Source: a virus (lineage: Duplodnaviria; Caudoviricetes). Taken from it: 64,000 bases of DNA. The notes beneath the pieces are model-generated. The model saw nothing but the letters and a program-made list of their open reading frames with translations. It was not told where the DNA came from and made no database searches. The number at the start of each line of letters is the position of its first letter. Positions within the stretch are counted from its first letter, which is position 1. A program made the translations under genes and the position numbers. Below, piece after piece: positions 18,433 through 30,400 of the stretch. The DNA lies in the IMG/VR virus record IMGVR_UViG_3300021431_000107, positions 1 to 64,000 of that record. One strand, given 5' to 3'.

Positions 18433-19102
18433 CTTCTTTTCCTTTCTCTTTATAAATTACTTTTGCATACAGCTCCTGTACTTTCCAGTACTTGTCTCTT
18501 CTAGAACCAACGAAATCTTCTTTCTTATCAAGTTCATGAGCTTTATCAAGATACCATTTTGCCTTTCTGATATCTTCCTGGCCATTCTTATTCTTATACC
18601 GCCAAAGATACTTGAAAGCATTCACAATAGCATAGTCAAAGACGACTTCAGGACCAAATACCGTCTCCATGATATCGATACATTCAAGCGAGCATCCATC
18701 AGCATAATGAGACGGGTGGTTGACGTTATCTTTTTCTTCCTTTTCCCTATCAAGCTCTTTTGAAACCTTTGCCGCATATGCCCAAGAATCTTCCCCTCCA
18801 AACCAGTCCCTTGCTCTTTGAAATCTTTCACATGAGTCTTCTTTTACACAATGCTGGCCTTCTGCTTTTGGGAGTGGATACTTATTACCAAATATGTCAC
18901 GGCTTTCGAAACCGGAACCATCAGAAAAATCAATGCATCCATCACATACATCTTTCATTTTGATCTCCTTTGTCTTATTGAATCTTCCACACGTGCTTTC
19001 TTTTCTGCAATGGTATTCGTAACTATCTGTGTCTATACGATGCTTCATATAAATATCAGTATAAGTATCAGCCATAGAACATCCAGAACAAGCATCATTC
19101 AT
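18416..19102 (-). CDS. Two Cys-rich modules fused to a DUF3310 domain
   Basis: DNVNHPSHY...ECIDIM...NAFKYLWRYKNKNGQEDIRKAKWYL; N-terminal CxxC...HCxKExxCxRF twice. Confidence 0.75.
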   Translation of the reverse strand: MNDACSGCSMADTYTDIYMKHRIDTDSYEYHCRKESTCGRFNKTKEIKMKDVCDGCIDFSDGSGFESRDIFGNKYPLPKAEGQHCVKEDSCERFQRARDWFGGEDSWAYAAKVSKELDREKEEKDNVNHPSHYADGCSLECIDIMETVFGPEVVFDYAIVNAFKYLWRYKNKNGQEDIRKAKWYLDKAHELDKKEDFVGSRRDKYWKVQELYAKVIYKEKGKEDGEVQ

Positions 19103-19541
19103 TTTGAACCCTCCCTTGCTCTTTATAGGCTTTAGGTAATGGCATCCATGCTAATACTTCTTTGTCTGTAAGTGCACCAAATTCTGACCGCCATTCAATC
19201 TTTCCGCTTCTTGGATCAGCAGACCTTTTTGCTTTGATTACCTCCTGTTCGTAACCTTTAATTTTAAAAGCCTTCTTAGTGATAAGCACATCACGCCCTT
19301 CTTCCGGTGGCTGTTCATCAACATTACAAGGAGTCCACTGCTGTTCTAGCTGTACGGATGGAATTGACTCAAGTTGCTCTTTGTATGCAATCAGTGATGC
19401 TCTTTCGATTTTAAAGGCATATTCATCCATCTTCGAAGGTACGACCTTTAAATAACTAAGTGCCTTATCACAGTGGTTGATTTGTTCGTTAAGCAAATCA
19501 AGAGCATCCTCTCGTCTGATAAGGTCATTCATCCTGCTCAC
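19095..19541 (-). CDS. DUF551-like protein
   Basis: DLIRREDAL...QWTPC...PPEE..DVLIT...VLAWMPLPKAY. Confidence 0.65.
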   Translation of the reverse strand: MSRMNDLIRREDALDLLNEQINHCDKALSYLKVVPSKMDEYAFKIERASLIAYKEQLESIPSVQLEQQWTPCNVDEQPPEEGRDVLITKKAFKIKGYEQEVIKAKRSADPRSGKIEWRSEFGALTDKEVLAWMPLPKAYKEQGRVQNE

Positions 19542-19878
19542 CTCCTCGGTACGGTTTAGGTAACGGCATCCATGCGAGAACTTCCGATTGCTTTAGCTCT
19601 GTATTAAATATGCAATCAAACCACGTTCCTTTTGCATAATTGACTGGGACGATTCTCAATTCTTCCGAATTGCCAACTGTAACAAGAATATCAGCATTTT
19701 CTTCCGGTGGCTGTTCATTACCATTGCAAGGAGTCCACTGCTGTGCGGATGGCAAATGATTAATTATCCATTTGATTTCTTCTTGCTCATCTTTTGAATC
19801 ACCAAACCACGAGTTCATCAATTTACACAGCACATCAATTGCTGCCTGCCTACTGATTAAATCATCCATCCTGTTCAC
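19525..19878 (-). CDS. DUF551-like protein (paralog)
   Basis: DLISRQAAID...QWTPC...PPEE...VLAWMPLPKPY. Confidence 0.65.
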   Translation of the reverse strand: MNRMDDLISRQAAIDVLCKLMNSWFGDSKDEQEEIKWIINHLPSAQQWTPCNGNEQPPEENADILVTVGNSEELRIVPVNYAKGTWFDCIFNTELKQSEVLAWMPLPKPYRGGEQDE

Positions 19879-20516
19879 CTCTCATAAACGATCTCAAGCG
19901 GCTCAATCACATTTGGCAATGTCATGCCCATATGTATTCCATATAACTCAATGAAGCACCACAACTGAAATTCCGTATATCCGTTTTCATCTTCTCTCGG
20001 GAACATTGGTTTGCATATCTCTCTTCCTGCGACCTGGTTTATCCTGTCGTATTGGTGGTAATATATTTCTTTACCCCAGTCGGTCAGTTTTACCTTGATA
20101 GGTTCGTTGAGATTGATTCGGATAGGTTCTGACTGTGAGGACATCGAATCATTAAATGCCTGTCTTGAGCCATTCATTTCTTCTTCATCTTTCTTCTCAT
20201 TCATTTTGATCTCCTTTGCCTTCTTGAATCTTTCACATGTGCTTTCTTTCCTGCAGTGATTTATCCATGTGGTAGAAGGATAGCCAATATGACCTGGATT
20301 TACTACAAACTGCTGCTCAATGTACGTATCTTTGTCAGTACATCCATAACAGGCATCGGTCCTTATAAACTCCTTTACCTTATTGAATCTTTCACATGCG
20401 CTTTCTTTTCTGCATTTATGCTCCCATACTCTACGATACGCTCCGTTTCCATCATGAATTAGATAAGATTCTAAATTCATATCTGCATCTTTACATCCGC
20501 AGCAAGAATCATTCAT
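19875..20516 (-). CDS. Two Cys-rich modules plus a C-terminal domain
   Basis: MNDSCCGC...KCRKESACERF; DACYGC...HCRKESTCERF. Confidence 0.65.
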   Translation of the reverse strand: MNDSCCGCKDADMNLESYLIHDGNGAYRRVWEHKCRKESACERFNKVKEFIRTDACYGCTDKDTYIEQQFVVNPGHIGYPSTTWINHCRKESTCERFKKAKEIKMNEKKDEEEMNGSRQAFNDSMSSQSEPIRINLNEPIKVKLTDWGKEIYYHQYDRINQVAGREICKPMFPREDENGYTEFQLWCFIELYGIHMGMTLPNVIEPLEIVYER

Positions 20517-20742
20517 TTTGATCTCCTTCCGTTGAAACGACAGTTGTGCCATTCTCTAACGACTCAGATATCCTATTTCTTTCCATCATGAGCATACGCA
20601 TACATGCAGATTCCTTAGTGCATCTGATATCCCACATGTTTCTTACCAATTTGTTGTTTCCATAATACGCACTAGGACTAAGTTCAAGATCAGCACAAGG
20701 ACAATCCTCACAAATGCCTGTCATTTTGATCTCTACTGCCAT
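20509..20742 (-). CDS. Stand-alone Cys-rich module protein
   Basis: GICEDC...RCTKESACMRM. Confidence 0.55.
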   Translation of the reverse strand: MAVEIKMTGICEDCPCADLELSPSAYYGNNKLVRNMWDIRCTKESACMRMLMMERNRISESLENGTTVVSTEGDQNE

Positions 20743-20852
20743 TTTCTTCTCCTTTCCTTAAGATGAGAAAAAGAGAGCGACACTCACTTCGTTCGTAAGG
20801 CGCTCCAAAGAAAAGAGAGCCACTGTACAAATTACAGCAGCTCCATTCAGAC

Positions 20853-23800
20853 TTATTTGTTCCTTTCGTAAAGCATCAAATAAAGCATATAGCTTGCAAT
20901 AGAAGGCATTGGGAGCCTTATCATGCTCTTATCAATTTTGATTTGCTTCTCTTTCTTCTTTTCTTCAGCCATATTGTTCTCCTTTCTTGAAAACAAATCT
21001 ATAGTCTCACTATAAGAGCTGGAATTTTTACGAGAATCATCACTCATCCTGTTCACCATACGCACATTCATTACAATGAATTATTGGATGTTTCAACGCC
21101 TCTAATCCTAATCTATAGACCTCTGCTTTATCAACATAATCGGAACAATCTTTAGTACATGGACAATTACCTAAACCTTTCAATGTACAGCAATCAATAC
21201 TTGCTCCCATATCATGTTCACAATGATAATGAATGCAATCTGTTCTTATATTAGATTTATAATCACACTGACAATACATTATTCGACACCCCACAATATA
21301 TAATTCATTTACTCTTTTTCCATCATTAGCATGGCATCTGCACAATCACGGTAGTCGATTGGTTTGACTTCGGGCTGTGCTACCGATAATGTATCAATCG
21401 CACCCTGTCTACTGATTGAATCATCCGTCACTTCACCTCCGTATCAATTACCCGTCCACAATATTGGCGGATTTCTCAGTTTTATAGCAACTGTCGATGT
21501 TACGAAATCGAGAAAAAGAGAGCACCTGCAATAACTTCTACAGATGCTCTCATTTCGAGTTACTTATTCATGCTCATCCATATTTTCATGTTCTTTCCAT
21601 TCTTCAAATTCGTTCCAGTTACTTATGGACTCGAAAGCATAATCAGTATAAATTGTTCCTTTGTTAACAGGATGTGTAAGCATTGCCTTTTGTTCGTCCA
21701 GCTTGACTTTGGTTATACTGATCCCATCAATTAAGTTTCGTAGCTTATCGTTGTCATCAAGACACTTAAGTTTAAGATCTCTTACAACAGTTTTCGCCTT
21801 CTCTTCAGATGAGAACATACCAACCAAACATGGTAATACTCTCCACTCATATTCCTCGTCATCGTATATCCCATAACTAACAACCCATACATATCTCTCG
21901 TTTTCCATAGTTTCTCCTCCTATAGTGAAAATATGATCCATAAGTTTCTCATTATAGGAGCTGTTTATATTACGAAACCACCCATACTTCTTTATTTATA
22001 CTTTTATACTTCTTCATAATTTCCTTTACTCCAAGAACCTCTTTTGCCCTCTTATAGTCAAGACCACCTTCTACTGTGCTTGCCTTTTCAAGAACAATTG
22101 TATACCGGACAAGAGCACCCATTTCCTCACGAATCTCATCTACACTCTCATCTTTTGCGTGTTCATACGCTTCATGAACATTCTCAAAGGCGTTGCTAAC
22201 CTTTCCAAGTTCAATCATGATAGCCCTCTTTGAAATCTTGGTTTTTGGTTCTTCCCCTTCTTTAAACTTATAGTATCTCTCAGGTCTATAGTTTTTAAAG
22301 TTGTTTACTCCATAAAGTACAAGTGAAAGTTTGCTTTTCATAAATTAATACCTCCTAAATATTTAATTTCTTCATTTTGAGCACTGCTATCTTCTTCCTC
22401 TTCACCAGGCTCATCCTCGTCTCCAAGTTCCCTCATTTGACTCAGCATTCTATTGAGTTCCGATATAATAGTTGAAGTCATACTGCCATCTGCCAGAGAT
22501 TCAAGAACATCTATCACAATCTCTGAATCATAAGTTACATCGTTTCTATCACGAAACTTAAAATTGATAAGTAAGTCTCCTCCAGCTACTGGTCTATAAG
22601 ATATAAGGTAGTCTTCTTCTCCTTCAACAATATCGCTGTCTGCCAGCCATTTCTTTACAGCGTACTCAATAGTTTCCAAATATAATGCATGCGGTTCATC
22701 TGTAATCATTTCTGCTCCAATTCTCTTTACATACTAAGACACAGGGAAAGTCTGAAGATACCATTTTGAGAAGATAATTAGTATCAGTTTCACTAAGCTC
22801 TATATCATACCAGTCATAGTCGGAATCATTCGCTGTTGGAGACGCCATTACTGTTATCTCATTCCTGTTATCCCCTAAATACTCAAGACTTATTGTCATT
22901 AAATCAGCTTCATCCTGATACTTTTCTGGAAGGTATTTCTTTGGCCCAGTGAAATATAATGTTGTGGAACCATGATACAAATTAAAGTAAGTATCCTCGT
23001 ATTTGAATTCCTTTACATTAATCCCATCCGCCATAAGATCACTTCCTCCTATGTCTTAAATTGTGATTCCTCATTCTGCTGACTCTGTATCTGATATCGT
23101 CATCAATCATTTTGAGAGCAGATTTAGAATCTCTAACCAAATCAAGTTGCTCCTTGTAAGAACGGTACTTTTCACATGACGAGTGACACGCCATATGTCT
23201 ATCAGCACAATCCTTACAAGGAGCTATGATACTTACATGAACCGCTTTAGCATTAACCTTTATTTCTTTCCCTCGGTTAATACCTTCATCCATTACTTCT
23301 CCTTAAACTTATCAGCAATCGACGAGTAGATAGTGCCCACATTCTCAAGCTGATTGTTGTAGTTATCCAGAATCAAATCCATGTCGTCTTTAAGCTTCTC
23401 CATGATAAGGTCTTTGGCATCGTCCTTAACCTCCTCACGAAGCTCATGAATATCGATCTTCATGATCTGTTTCTTAAGTTCCTTCGAGACTTCTTTTGAA
23501 ATCTCAGAGTACCTATTTTGAACAGCATCACGAACCTGACGAGTTACATCATCGCGGATGGCTACGGTCGTATCATCTACAGCACGACGAACAGCAGCAG
23601 TTACTGCTTCATCTGCAGCATCACGAGCAGCACGATCAATGATAGCCTGAGAGACCTGAACCGAAGACTTATTCTTGAGATCCCGAACAGCAATCCCAAG
23701 CTTATCAGATACTCTGCCAATTTTGATACTGGATCTAATGCCGAAGAGTAACGCCACTCCTACTCCTGCAATCATACCCCATCCAATGAGATCTGCCTTC

Positions 23801-24104
23801 GTGATAGTGATACCGTCTTTCTTGGTTTCCTTAGTTTCAACGACCTGCTCTTCTCTTCTTTCCATAGTGTCTTCTCCTTTCATTTTGATACAGTTGCCAC
23901 TTATACTAATCACTGCATTTCGGTCATCATATGCTCGATATGCTGTACAGAATCAAGCATTTTCTTAGTATTGGCCATATTCTTAGCTGTTAACGGACCA
24001 ATTGTAATAAGCGATCCCAACGCCATGCTAAGTAATCCTACAAGAATCATCGAAAGATACTCATTTTCCTTATTCACATAGTTCGTGCTATCCATATTAT
24101 CCAT
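20853..24104 (-). CDS. Small hypothetical genes (20853-20972, 21040-21345 Cys-rich, 21564-21908, 21970-22341, 22338-22709, 22696-23034, 23039-23293 CxxC, 23293-23865 TM plus coiled coil, 23910-24104 TM)
   Basis: Contiguous SD-led ORFs; no recognisable catalytic motifs. Confidence 0.55.
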
Positions 24105-24105
24105 A

Positions 24106-24366
24106 TTATTCCTCTTCTCCTTCTTTATGCCTTCCAGAGTAACTCTTCCTTAAATCCACAGGTCTAATGTTTACGTCTCTCACATACTGCCGATCCCCTA
24201 TGTATACAGGATCTGGAATCTTTCCACGATACGACCATTGCCTCACTGTGATAGGCGTTACGTTAAACTTTTTAGCGAGAACTTCAGCTTTCACATACCC
24301 ATTCTCAGCCATGAACCCATCGAAATCAGATACTATAGCATTAAATTGCTCTTTTGAAACAATCAT
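24106..24366 (-). CDS. HTH DNA-binding protein (excisionase/MerR-like)
   Basis: AEVLAKKFNVTPITVRQWSYRGKIP. Confidence 0.65.
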   Translation of the reverse strand: MIVSKEQFNAIVSDFDGFMAENGYVKAEVLAKKFNVTPITVRQWSYRGKIPDPVYIGDRQYVRDVNIRPVDLRKSYSGRHKEGEEE

Positions 24367-24623
24367 ATAGTCTCATCACCTCCTTTCACTACTTTATTCT
24401 CTTTCTCGAACTCACTTAATTCAGTGAAAGCCTCATCTGGCCTATTTGTTCTATAGCCCCTTTTGAGACAACTACGCCCACCATCCGCAGCACACTGACC
24501 GCAACGACACCAGACCATATCATGAGCTCTTTTCGACTCCACGATATCTCCGCATCTCTTACACTGAATCTTATTCACCAGTATTCTGTTGTTTGTATAG
24601 TATTTCATGATTTTAAGCCACAC
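24363..24623 (-). CDS. Small zinc-binding protein
   Basis: CKRCGDIVES...WCRCGQCAADGG. Confidence 0.6.
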   Translation of the reverse strand: MWLKIMKYYTNNRILVNKIQCKRCGDIVESKRAHDMVWCRCGQCAADGGRSCLKRGYRTNRPDEAFTELSEFEKENKVVKGGDETI

Positions 24624-24665
24624 TCTAGTCTAGTGGAATATCTTCGCTAACACTCAGATCGTCCA

Positions 24666-25355
24666 TCAATCTAACGGAACAGGCTTCGGTAAAGTCAGGA
24701 TGTACCCTCCAGCAGATGAGTCATACACCACCTGCACTCCGACAAAATCGAACCAACCGAAGTTAAAGTCTTCCTTTGAAGGTGTTACACCCACCAGTTG
24801 ATAATAGTCCGCAGTAGTCGCCGCGTTGTATTTCCTTGCGATTGCGATGAGCTCTGTGAGGACCGCTTCTGCTTTTCCGAATGAAGGGATCGATACACGG
24901 CGAATACTAGTAACAGGATCCCGAGCAGTATTAGCATTTCTATTATTGCCATAATAACTATAACCACCGTCATTGCCATAGTAAGAAACATAGTTCACCT
25001 TCTGACCATTATAGGTTCCTTTCCTGTTACCTTTATCGGTTTTCCCAAAGAAGAAGATTTCGGCTGCTGCAGTAATATTCTCAACGAGGTACTCCTTCAC
25101 TTTACGAATTGAGTCCCGAAGGAAGTCTTTTGCTCTTGGCTTGATGTAGTCGTCAACAATGGAGTCTTTGATATTATCCATGTCCTCTTCAAAGAAAATG
25201 GAAGCGGCTTTCTGTAACTTACTTTTTTCAACAACTTTTCCTTCTGTTATTGCCTGATGAACGTGGACCCGTGATGGATCCACATTATCAGGAATATTGC
25301 CAGTGCTGCTCTTATTTTGAGCGCCATCAAGCTTGGGCATTTCTCTTTTTGCCAT
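24666..25355 (-). CDS. Phage protein of unknown function
   Basis: 229-aa ORF with SD; ends ADYYQLVG...FGW...LPKPVPLD. Confidence 0.65.
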   Translation of the reverse strand: MAKREMPKLDGAQNKSSTGNIPDNVDPSRVHVHQAITEGKVVEKSKLQKAASIFFEEDMDNIKDSIVDDYIKPRAKDFLRDSIRKVKEYLVENITAAAEIFFFGKTDKGNRKGTYNGQKVNYVSYYGNDGGYSYYGNNRNANTARDPVTSIRRVSIPSFGKAEAVLTELIAIARKYNAATTADYYQLVGVTPSKEDFNFGWFDFVGVQVVYDSSAGGYILTLPKPVPLD

Positions 25356-25928
25356 TTACTTTCCTACCTCCTCCAGTGAAATTAATAGGTCTATGAGAAT
25401 TAACGTTCACTCCCTGAGCCAGACACTCATCACAAGGGTACTCATTCTCTGCTTTCTTTTTGTGAACACATTTCTTGCAATAATTCTCGAAATAGACCTC
25501 TTTGTATTTATCGCCCATTATTCGTCATCCACCTCCGTGAAAGTAACAGAATCATCAGTTTCTTCTCCATCAACCTTTTCCTCTTTATTTTGAGCAGAAT
25601 CACTCATACTTCCAGCGATTCCTTTAACTGTGGAATACACAATAGATCCAACCTCCTCACAGGTAGCAACGGCTTTATATGAAACAGAGAACCCGAGGAA
25701 ACTAAAACCGATTTTGAGAGCCGCTGCACCAATCGACGTGAAAGCTGTTTTATCAGTGATTGATAACACCTCACGAGCTACATCGTACATTGCCTTTCCA
25801 CCTGCGACACCTACTGCTACCTTGATAAGATCCTTTGTGCTTTTCTTCATAGTTCTTTTCTCCTTTTCATGAAATATAATTTGATTGTAGCCTAACATAG
25901 TGAGTTCCATATTCAGTTTTTTATTCAT
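25327..25928 (-). CDS. Cys-rich small protein (25327-25518) and hydrophobic protein (25518-25928)
   Basis: CKKCVH...PCDECL; hydrophobic Gly/Ala-rich stretch. Confidence 0.55.
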
Positions 25929-26289
25929 CTACCCCAAGTTCCACAAAGACCTTTTGAATCTTCGGAAACTGTAGTGCAAAATAATCCACCATCTCTTCGT
26001 TATCAGCCCAATGAGATGCGGAACTACTATTTCCATAAAGTCCGGATTCAAATAAAAAAGCATGAATCACTTCATGCCTTAATGTTCGCTTCTTCTGAAC
26101 TTCCAAATCCTGAAGAAGACAATCTCTTTCTTTTTGCTCCTCTGTCATGTTCATAGAATCCACTACAATCTTCCTTACTGACGGATCTGCATAACCGTCA
26201 CATTCTTTTAAACGCTTATCTTCCCATTCTGTACCCTCATAGATAGTCCAGTCAGATCCTAAAATGTCAGCAATTCCTAAAGCTTTCAA
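25921..26289 (-). CDS. HEXXH zinc metallopeptidase-like protein
   Basis: TLRHEVIHAFLFESG...NEEMVDYFA. Confidence 0.55.
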   Translation of the reverse strand: MKALGIADILGSDWTIYEGTEWEDKRLKECDGYADPSVRKIVVDSMNMTEEQKERDCLLQDLEVQKKRTLRHEVIHAFLFESGLYGNSSSASHWADNEEMVDYFALQFPKIQKVFVELGVDE

Positions 26290-26803
26290 TTCTATCCTCC
26301 ATCTTCATATTATCAGTTTCAAGTAATACTACTTCACCCATTTTGAGCGATTCTGGAACATTAATGACCCTCTGATTAGTCGATCCAGCCCATGGATATG
26401 AAATGTCACGAAGTTCTTCTTTATACTCACCATCTACAAGCACATTTACAAAATTCATGATTTCCAAATCCTTTACTTCTTCCCAAAGATAACCTGTGTA
26501 CATCCAGACATCTTTCTTTGGAAACAACACGCACATCTCAACCAAGAGATCCAGCACGTCTTCTCTATTTCCAGGATATAATGGATCGCCTCCAGATAGA
26601 GTGATGCCTGAAATGTAGTCACGAGATAAGTAACTAAACAGTTCATGTCTTGCTCCAACGTCAAACGGTAATCCATCGTTCGGATCCCATGTTACTGGAT
26701 TCTGGCATCCTTTGCAGTAGTGATTACATCCAGATAGCCATAGAACGACTCTGAGCCCGGTTCCATTACTCATATCGTCCTTAGTTATGTTATGATACCT
26801 CAT
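26267..26803 (-). CDS. nrdG: Anaerobic ribonucleotide reductase activase (radical SAM)
   Basis: NGTGLRVVLWLSGCNHYCKGCQNPVTWD; GITLSGGDPL; DGEY...WAGSTNQRVI. Confidence 0.9.
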   Translation of the reverse strand: MRYHNITKDDMSNGTGLRVVLWLSGCNHYCKGCQNPVTWDPNDGLPFDVGARHELFSYLSRDYISGITLSGGDPLYPGNREDVLDLLVEMCVLFPKKDVWMYTGYLWEEVKDLEIMNFVNVLVDGEYKEELRDISYPWAGSTNQRVINVPESLKMGEVVLLETDNMKMEDRIESFRNC

Positions 26804-27489
26804 TTTGAAACACCCTCGTCTTGATCAATGATACTATCGAAGTACGGAAGCTCACGAACCATCACATTACAGAACTCTCTCCATTCATCAAGCTTATGAT
26901 GAGATCTCTGATTCACGATATTCGCAACATTCTCGTAATTCATCGTCACGGTTCGAAGCTGGTTATACGACGATGGAAGCATCTGAATCATCTGCCACCA
27001 GTCCTCTTTCTTTTCTTCAGCATTATCATGATTATCTGATAAATATAATTCACGATCAGCGTTTAAGCAGGTGATAATGTCCTTAAAGAACTCCAGGTTA
27101 TCGAAATAGAGATGCTCAGTTGAAAAGTCCTCAAGACAAAACTCTTTAGCAGCAATCTTATGCATGGTGGATGTTGAGTTAGTGGTTACGTTTATGCGAT
27201 ACTGGTCAGCTTGTTTCCACCAGTAAAGAGGCGCCGTAATATCCATTGAAACAAAAATCTGTCTCATGAACTTACGGTGTTCTGTACCTGCTTTATAAAG
27301 TTTCTGCATGAGTGATAAGTCATTAGGACCAATACACAACCCACAAGAATTATTTTTACAAATTCCTGGACAACTCCCATTCGCATAGCACTTGATGGTA
27401 TCGCTCTTCCACCAACTTTGCAGAGGAGACCTCATACCTCTGATTGCATGTTCAAACCCCCATGTTTCAATCCTCTCTATTTTGATCAT
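26800..27489 (-). CDS. Divergent flavin-dependent thymidylate synthase (ThyX)-like protein
   Basis: HRKFMRQI...APLYWWKQADQYRINVTTNSTSTMH...LPSSYNQLRTVTMNY...HHKLDEWREFC; canonical RHR not present. Confidence 0.5.
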   Translation of the reverse strand: MIKIERIETWGFEHAIRGMRSPLQSWWKSDTIKCYANGSCPGICKNNSCGLCIGPNDLSLMQKLYKAGTEHRKFMRQIFVSMDITAPLYWWKQADQYRINVTTNSTSTMHKIAAKEFCLEDFSTEHLYFDNLEFFKDIITCLNADRELYLSDNHDNAEEKKEDWWQMIQMLPSSYNQLRTVTMNYENVANIVNQRSHHKLDEWREFCNVMVRELPYFDSIIDQDEGVSK

Positions 27490-30400
27490 CTGATTCCTCC
27501 TTTAGAAGCTCAAAGCAATTAATAGTACCAACATACTCGATGAACTCAGTAATTGCATTAAGCTCTCCCACACTAACTGTCAGTTCATTGTTGCTACTAT
27601 GATACGAAATGCAAACAGCATCATCCTGGTGATTAACGTAACTATTATGTCCGTTCTCATCCACGAAAAGATTCACATAGAACAAATCACAATCAGTTCC
27701 TCTTGAAAGAATATAATACTGAGTTTTCGTATCTTCCTCGTATCCGTACTCTTTAAGCTCCCATCCGTATTCCTGAATGGCCTTGTATATTTCACGGCTG
27801 CATGCTCTTACCTCGTCTGTTAAGAATGGATATATTACTTCAAATTTATTCATTTTGAACTCTCCTCCTTCACAATCTCAAGCACAGTCTTACTGAAACT
27901 CTCATCAACCGTGTCAAGTGCCTGACCACAGTCAGAACACATGTACGTATGACTCCAGGCATACGGCCTACTACCTTGTTCATCTGTCACTCGCTCAAAC
28001 AGTACCGAACCGCACACAGGACATGTGAGATAGTAGTTTCCATCAAACTCTTTATTTTTATTCACAAGGATCGGTCTCTTAGGTGTGATACGCTTAACCG
28101 CTTCAATCGCAATCTCAAGAGCATCATAAGCCTTCTCTGAAATCTCAGGTTCCCAAGGCTCCGGTTCCTGGAGATGCATTAGCATAAGAATAGCCTCTTC
28201 ATTTGTCATTTTGAGCTCCTTTCCTTTCACTTTCTCTCGTAAGGTACTCCAAAACAAAAGGAGCACCTGTATCATTTACAGATGCCCCTGTCCCCGGTTA
28301 ATAAGTTACTTTTCGGAAGTCTCACTTACGACTTCTGAAACAGTCTCAGCAATCTCCGGAACCTTTTCCGCAATCTGGGGAACAGTTCCAGCTCCTCCGC
28401 CGGGAAGAACAATATCATCCTTTCCGAAGACCTTTCCGATGACGCCCATTGCCAGCGTCCCACCCAAGATCCCGTACACAGTACAGGCGATCTTAGAAGT
28501 GGCCGCCTTCTTGACGCCACGGACAGCCTTCTTAAAGAAGCCATCCTTCTTCTCAGCAGGAGTTTCCGGTTTATTGTTCTCCTGATTCTGGTTTTCCAGT
28601 TCCTGATCGTTGTTTCTGATTTCTTCATTTGCCATAATAAAAATCCTCCTTTTAAAATAAATGTCTTATTAACATGTCATTATATGCCTTGCATTTTTTA
28701 CGAATCTGTTGTTAAACAGAACGTTACGTAATGTGTAATCTAGTCACTATTTATCTTGAGCATGTCCGCATTTCCTCATCTGATAAAGCTGATACATGCT
28801 ACTCTTTCCAAGTCTCCTTGGCCCAAAGCTAATCTGAGCCATTGTCGTAGAAAATGCATCCTTTTCACTGATCTGATCAGCAAGTTTCTGAATCGAGCTA
28901 AGAGATGCAAATACTGCTGCCGCGTCTTTCATTCTTTCTCCTCTTCTTTCCATCCATTTTGAACCCAGTTTGGAGCCATCTTGTAAACCGTATACCCAAA
29001 GCCGCCACAAACATCACACTTTACGTCTTTATATGCAGCTTCATACACAAATCCAGAATCAGGTAAACCACTTGGATAGCCGTTATACTCAACCTTCACA
29101 TATCCACGTCCGTTGCATTTAGGGCATTCATGTGTTCTATTTCCTTTAATAGCAGTGAATATACTCGATAAAGTGGCTCCAGGACCGTATTTTTCGATCA
29201 TTTGCTTTATTGTATATGCTTCACTACATTTAGGTTCATACCATCCAATCATCTTATTCTCCTCCCGTTGTTTCAAAGCATCGTTTTGAGTAACTTAGTT
29301 GCTTCCTCGATTCCACGACATGTATAATCAAAGTCGTCACAGTTATCACATTTCCTCATCCTGCCTTTCAGTAATCCATTTATCAAATAGCTTTTCGCAT
29401 GAGTCACAAAGATTAATTTCCTTAGAATAAAGGCTTACTTGAGGATACTTAATGATTCTATAAGTAGGAATTTTTGCTGTTCCATGATTATTTGGTATTA
29501 CCGATCCGCATTTGTCACATACTTTTTTAATCATACGATTACCTCACTTCAAATCGTCGTCATCAGGGATCTGTCTAACTGTAGTTTTGGCCTTCTCAAG
29601 GAGCTTATCATGGTCGGCTAACTCCATTTTGAGATCGTCAATCTGTTCCTGAAGCCTCTCGATGTACGCTGCTGTCTCTGAAGGCACTGCTGGATCGCTT
29701 CTCTTTATGTGATTTAAAAAGTTTTTCCAGTTTCTACCCTGAAAATTGATGGATTTTGCCATATTTTTCACCATCCTTTCTTAAGATCCGGGATAGAATC
29801 AGCAAAGTCAGCACCTTCAAACCGATAAATCACCCTATCATCAGAAAGAGCCTCTTTAATTTTTCTTGCACGATAAGAAACACGCTTAAAAAATCCATCT
29901 GACGGAACCCTTTCGTTAGCTTTAACGAACCTTCTGCAGTTACAAACAGGACAAGTGTACGCATATCCTGTAGGTTCCCATGATCCAGACGTATTCATGA
30001 AGCCAATCGGACGAAATTCAGACTCTTTTCCTCGTATGAGAGAGTCGCAATGCCCGCAAACGACCTCAAATCTCCTCTGAAAGTGCCTTCCATTGCCATT
30101 TTTAAGTGTTCTCATCCTCTTTTTCCTCCTTATTCACGCTGTTTTCAGTACATCTTGTTCTACATAGTCTATTCGTATCGAATAAATACAGATCTTCAAT
30201 GTACAAATACTGACAACTCATGCATTTTTCTTTTTCAATCGCCTCTTTTTCATCATCCAACGCCTGTCGCCACCTTGCCAAACCTTGAAATATGCGTTCT
30301 CCAGCCCAAATTCCCTTCATTTTGAGCATCAGAACGGTGTTTTTCTCTAAATTTCTTGAGTTTTAGCCCATCTTGTACTGTTGAAACCACATCAATTAGT

